Origin: an uncultured Deferribacteres bacterium
GTDB lineage: Bacteria; Zhuqueibacterota; Zhuqueibacteria; Zhuqueibacterales; Geothermadaptataceae
DNA length: 20,577 bases
Assembly (NCBI GenBank): GCA_964014485.1
Contig: CAXHAT010000147.1
Coordinates: 1 to 20,577 of the forward strand
Direction: 5' to 3'
This document shows positions 18,183 through 20,577 of the stretch, piece by piece. The notes below the pieces were generated by a model. That model saw only the letters and a program-made list of their open reading frames with translations, was not told where the DNA came from and did not search any database. A program made the position numbers and the translations under genes. Every line of letters begins with the position of its first letter. Position 1 is the first letter of the stretch.

Positions 18183-19679
18183 CTAATTTCGCATTTTTTG
18201 ATCAATTTCTCTTCCAAGTTTCGTGACGATTCCGGGTAGTGCTGCGATATCCTCTGAGGTGGTTCGAAAGTTGACGACGCATGATCTTAGCGCGTATTTT
18301 CCAAAGATGACGGCGTTGGATACGAACGCTTCCCCTTCCACTTGCATCCGCGTTAGTATTTCGGTGTTCAATTTGTTGAGGTACGCTTCGCCCGCTTCCG
18401 AAGAAATTTCAAAGCCTTTCGGCACATAGCGGAAAGTCGTGATGCTCAGATTGAGCGTCATCGCTTCTAGTTCCGGGTTCTTTTTCGCAAGTTGAAACAG
18501 CTCTCTAGCCAATTCAATGTCATCGGAAAGCATCCGCTCGTAGCCGTTGCGCCCGGCTTGCCGCAATCCAAGCCACACTTTTAGCGCGCGAAATCCGCGT
18601 GAGTTTTGCGGGCCGAATTCATTGTAAATAAGCTGAGATTCGCCGTCGAGATCATCGAATTTATAGTAAGGCGGACGGTAGGTGAAAGCGTTGCGCAGGT
18701 ATTGCGGATCGCGAACCAGCGTGCAACCGGCTTCGAGCGGAGCGTAAAGCCATTTGTGCGGATCGAGCGCGATGGAGTCGGCCAAGCGCAGGCCGAGCAA
18801 ATTCTCAGGAGCATCCGGCAAGGCCGCCGCAAACGCGCCGTACGCCCCGTCGACATGGAACCACAGGTTGAATTCTCTGCAAATCTCGGCGATTTCCGGA
18901 AGCGGGTCAATGGCGCCGGTACTGACTGAGCCGCCAGTTCCGACCACCATGAACGGCAGAAAGCCATTGCGCAAGTCGTTCTGAATCGCCTGCCTTAATT
19001 TTGAAGCGTCCATGAGTAATTCTTCGTCCGTTTCGATCCAGCGAATGGCTTGCGTGCCCAGGCCAAACATGTCGGCGGCTTTTTGAATCCAGGTGTGCGT
19101 CTCGGCGGATACGTACACGCACATTTTGGATGCGTCTTCCGAGCGAAAGCCGCCTCGGCGAATATCCCAGTCGCTCTTGGCGCGTCGCGCCGCAAGGAAT
19201 CCGATGAAATTTGCCATGTTGCCGCCGCTGCTTAGAATGCCGCCGCAATCCGCGGGATAGCCGATCATTTCCGCAATCCAAGAAATCGCTTGTCGTTCAA
19301 TTTCAGTCGCGACCGGAGATAAAATGTAGGCGCCGACATTGGGATTGACTGAAGCCGCTAACATTTCCGCCAACGCGCCAATAGGCGCTGCGGATGAGGT
19401 AATATAACCCAGAAATTTGGGATGTCCGTTAAACAAGGAATGGTCAAACAACAGGCTTGCTGTGTTTTCAAGCAGTTTTTCCGCTTTCTCGCCTTCTTCC
19501 GGCATCGCGTCTGCGCCCAGCATTTTGCGAATTTCGGCTGGGGATTTCCCGGTGGTCACAGGTTTGTTCGGCAGTTCTGAAAGAAAGTCGGCGATTTGAT
19601 CGACAAGCCTATGCCCGGCGGATCGAAATTCGTCCGGGCTCATTTCCAGCGGGGCGTTGCGCTTTTTGTTGAATGACAT
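18183..19679 (-). CDS. Group II PLP-dependent decarboxylase (aromatic amino acid / DABA decarboxylase-like)
   Basis: HPKFLGYI, SGGNMANF, WFHVDGAYG, ADSIALDPHKW (PLP Lys), PQNSRGFRALKVW, LRSCVVNFRT. Start set at ATG 19679. Confidence 0.92.
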   Translation of the reverse strand: MSFNKKRNAPLEMSPDEFRSAGHRLVDQIADFLSELPNKPVTTGKSPAEIRKMLGADAMPEEGEKAEKLLENTASLLFDHSLFNGHPKFLGYITSSAAPIGALAEMLAASVNPNVGAYILSPVATEIERQAISWIAEMIGYPADCGGILSSGGNMANFIGFLAARRAKSDWDIRRGGFRSEDASKMCVYVSAETHTWIQKAADMFGLGTQAIRWIETDEELLMDASKLRQAIQNDLRNGFLPFMVVGTGGSVSTGAIDPLPEIAEICREFNLWFHVDGAYGAFAAALPDAPENLLGLRLADSIALDPHKWLYAPLEAGCTLVRDPQYLRNAFTYRPPYYKFDDLDGESQLIYNEFGPQNSRGFRALKVWLGLRQAGRNGYERMLSDDIELARELFQLAKKNPELEAMTLNLSITTFRYVPKGFEISSEAGEAYLNKLNTEILTRMQVEGEAFVSNAVIFGKYALRSCVVNFRTTSEDIAALPGIVTKLGREIDQKMRN

Positions 19680-19730
19680 TTTGGGTGAATCTCTTTGCTT
19701 TTGGCGGGCTATTCTCAACGAATTGGTGAA

Positions 19731-20577
19731 TTATGGCGCGACAAGCTGCATCAAAATTCCCGTCGCCCAGGCGCAATAAGTGCCTAGAGCATAGCCCAGA
19801 ACGGCGAGAAGAACGCCGACCGGAGCTAGCGAAGGGTGAAACGCCGATGCAACAATCGGCGCCGAGGCCGCTCCACCGACGTTCGCCTGGCTGCCTACAG
19901 CGAGGAAGAACAGGGGCGCACGAATGAGCTTTGCAACGAGAATAAGGAGCCCGGCATGAATCGCCATCCAAATGAGCCCGACGACAAACAGGCCCGGCGA
20001 TTCAAAGATGGCGAGCAGGTTCATTTTCATGCCGATTGTCGCGACGAGTACGTAGAGCAGGAGGCTTCCGATTTTTGACGCTCCAGCGCCTTCCATTTGT
20101 CGCGCTCTGGTAAAAGATGCGATTAAACCGCCGGTTGTCGCGATGACGACGATCCAGAAAAATTTTGAAGCAAGGCTGTAATCCTTGAGAAAAGGAGCGT
20201 TCGTTTCAATAAACGGCGCGATTAAGTCGGCCCCAAAATGAGCGATTGCGGTTATTCCAAAGCCGACGGCGCAAATTTTCATCAAGTCAGCCAGGCTGGG
20301 GATTTTGGCAATGCTGGCCTGATAATCTTCAACTTTTGTCCGCACTTGTTCAATCGAGGAAGTGTCGCTTTTCAACCAGCCGTCCAACCGCTCAGAGACG
20401 CCTGCGCCGTAGAGCAAGAACGCCATCCATATGTTGGCGACGATGACGTCTACGGCAACCATGGCTGAAAAGAGATTATCGCCGACTTCAAAAACCTCCT
20501 TCATCGCCGTTTGGTTGGCGCCGCCGCCAATCCAGCTTCCGGCGACTGTGGTCAAGCCGCGCCAGACGGCTTCGGGG
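19731..20577 (-). CDS. DUF819 family membrane protein (5' end outside window)
   Basis: AGSWIGGGANQTAMKE and VGSQANVGGAASAPIVA motifs, ending GYALGTY. Multiple TM helices. Frame is open to the window edge. Confidence 0.85.
   Translation of the reverse strand, partial: PEAVWRGLTTVAGSWIGGGANQTAMKEVFEVGDNLFSAMVAVDVIVANIWMAFLLYGAGVSERLDGWLKSDTSSIEQVRTKVEDYQASIAKIPSLADLMKICAVGFGITAIAHFGADLIAPFIETNAPFLKDYSLASKFFWIVVIATTGGLIASFTRARQMEGAGASKIGSLLLYVLVATIGMKMNLLAIFESPGLFVVGLIWMAIHAGLLILVAKLIRAPLFFLAVGSQANVGGAASAPIVASAFHPSLAPVGVLLAVLGYALGTYCAWATGILMQLVAP

Overview
Bacterial chromosomal window, roughly 50% GC by eye. The gene repertoire suggests a diderm of the KSB1/Calditrichota/Ignavibacteria-like neighbourhood, which is an inference. 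Left to right it holds: a DUF1697 gene; a barrel-only Omp85 (BamA/TamA-family) gene followed by a CLN6-like membrane protein gene; katG; a coupled minus-strand operon (CI-like HTH repressor, anmK, GlmU-like NTP_transf_4 protein, AlkZ-like HTH_42 glycosylase); a small divergent ORF; a four-gene plus-strand cluster; and a minus-strand run of a partial DUF819 gene, a PLP decarboxylase and a Tat-exported amidase. The four-gene cluster encodes a lipoprotein, a membrane-anchored CHASE2 / sigma54 AAA+ activator, an exported protein with a C-terminal transglutaminase-like domain, and an exported FecR-like/TPR protein. It is preceded by a sigma54-like -24 box and an upstream palindrome, and it is the best candidate for an undescribed system: a sigma54-based trans-envelope signalling module. 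Intergenic DNA is rich in structure, with several REP-like palindrome families, an inverted 8-mer array, long hairpins on both sides of katG, and a degenerate cobalamin-riboswitch-like sequence. All family calls come from motif recognition by eye; no searches were run.
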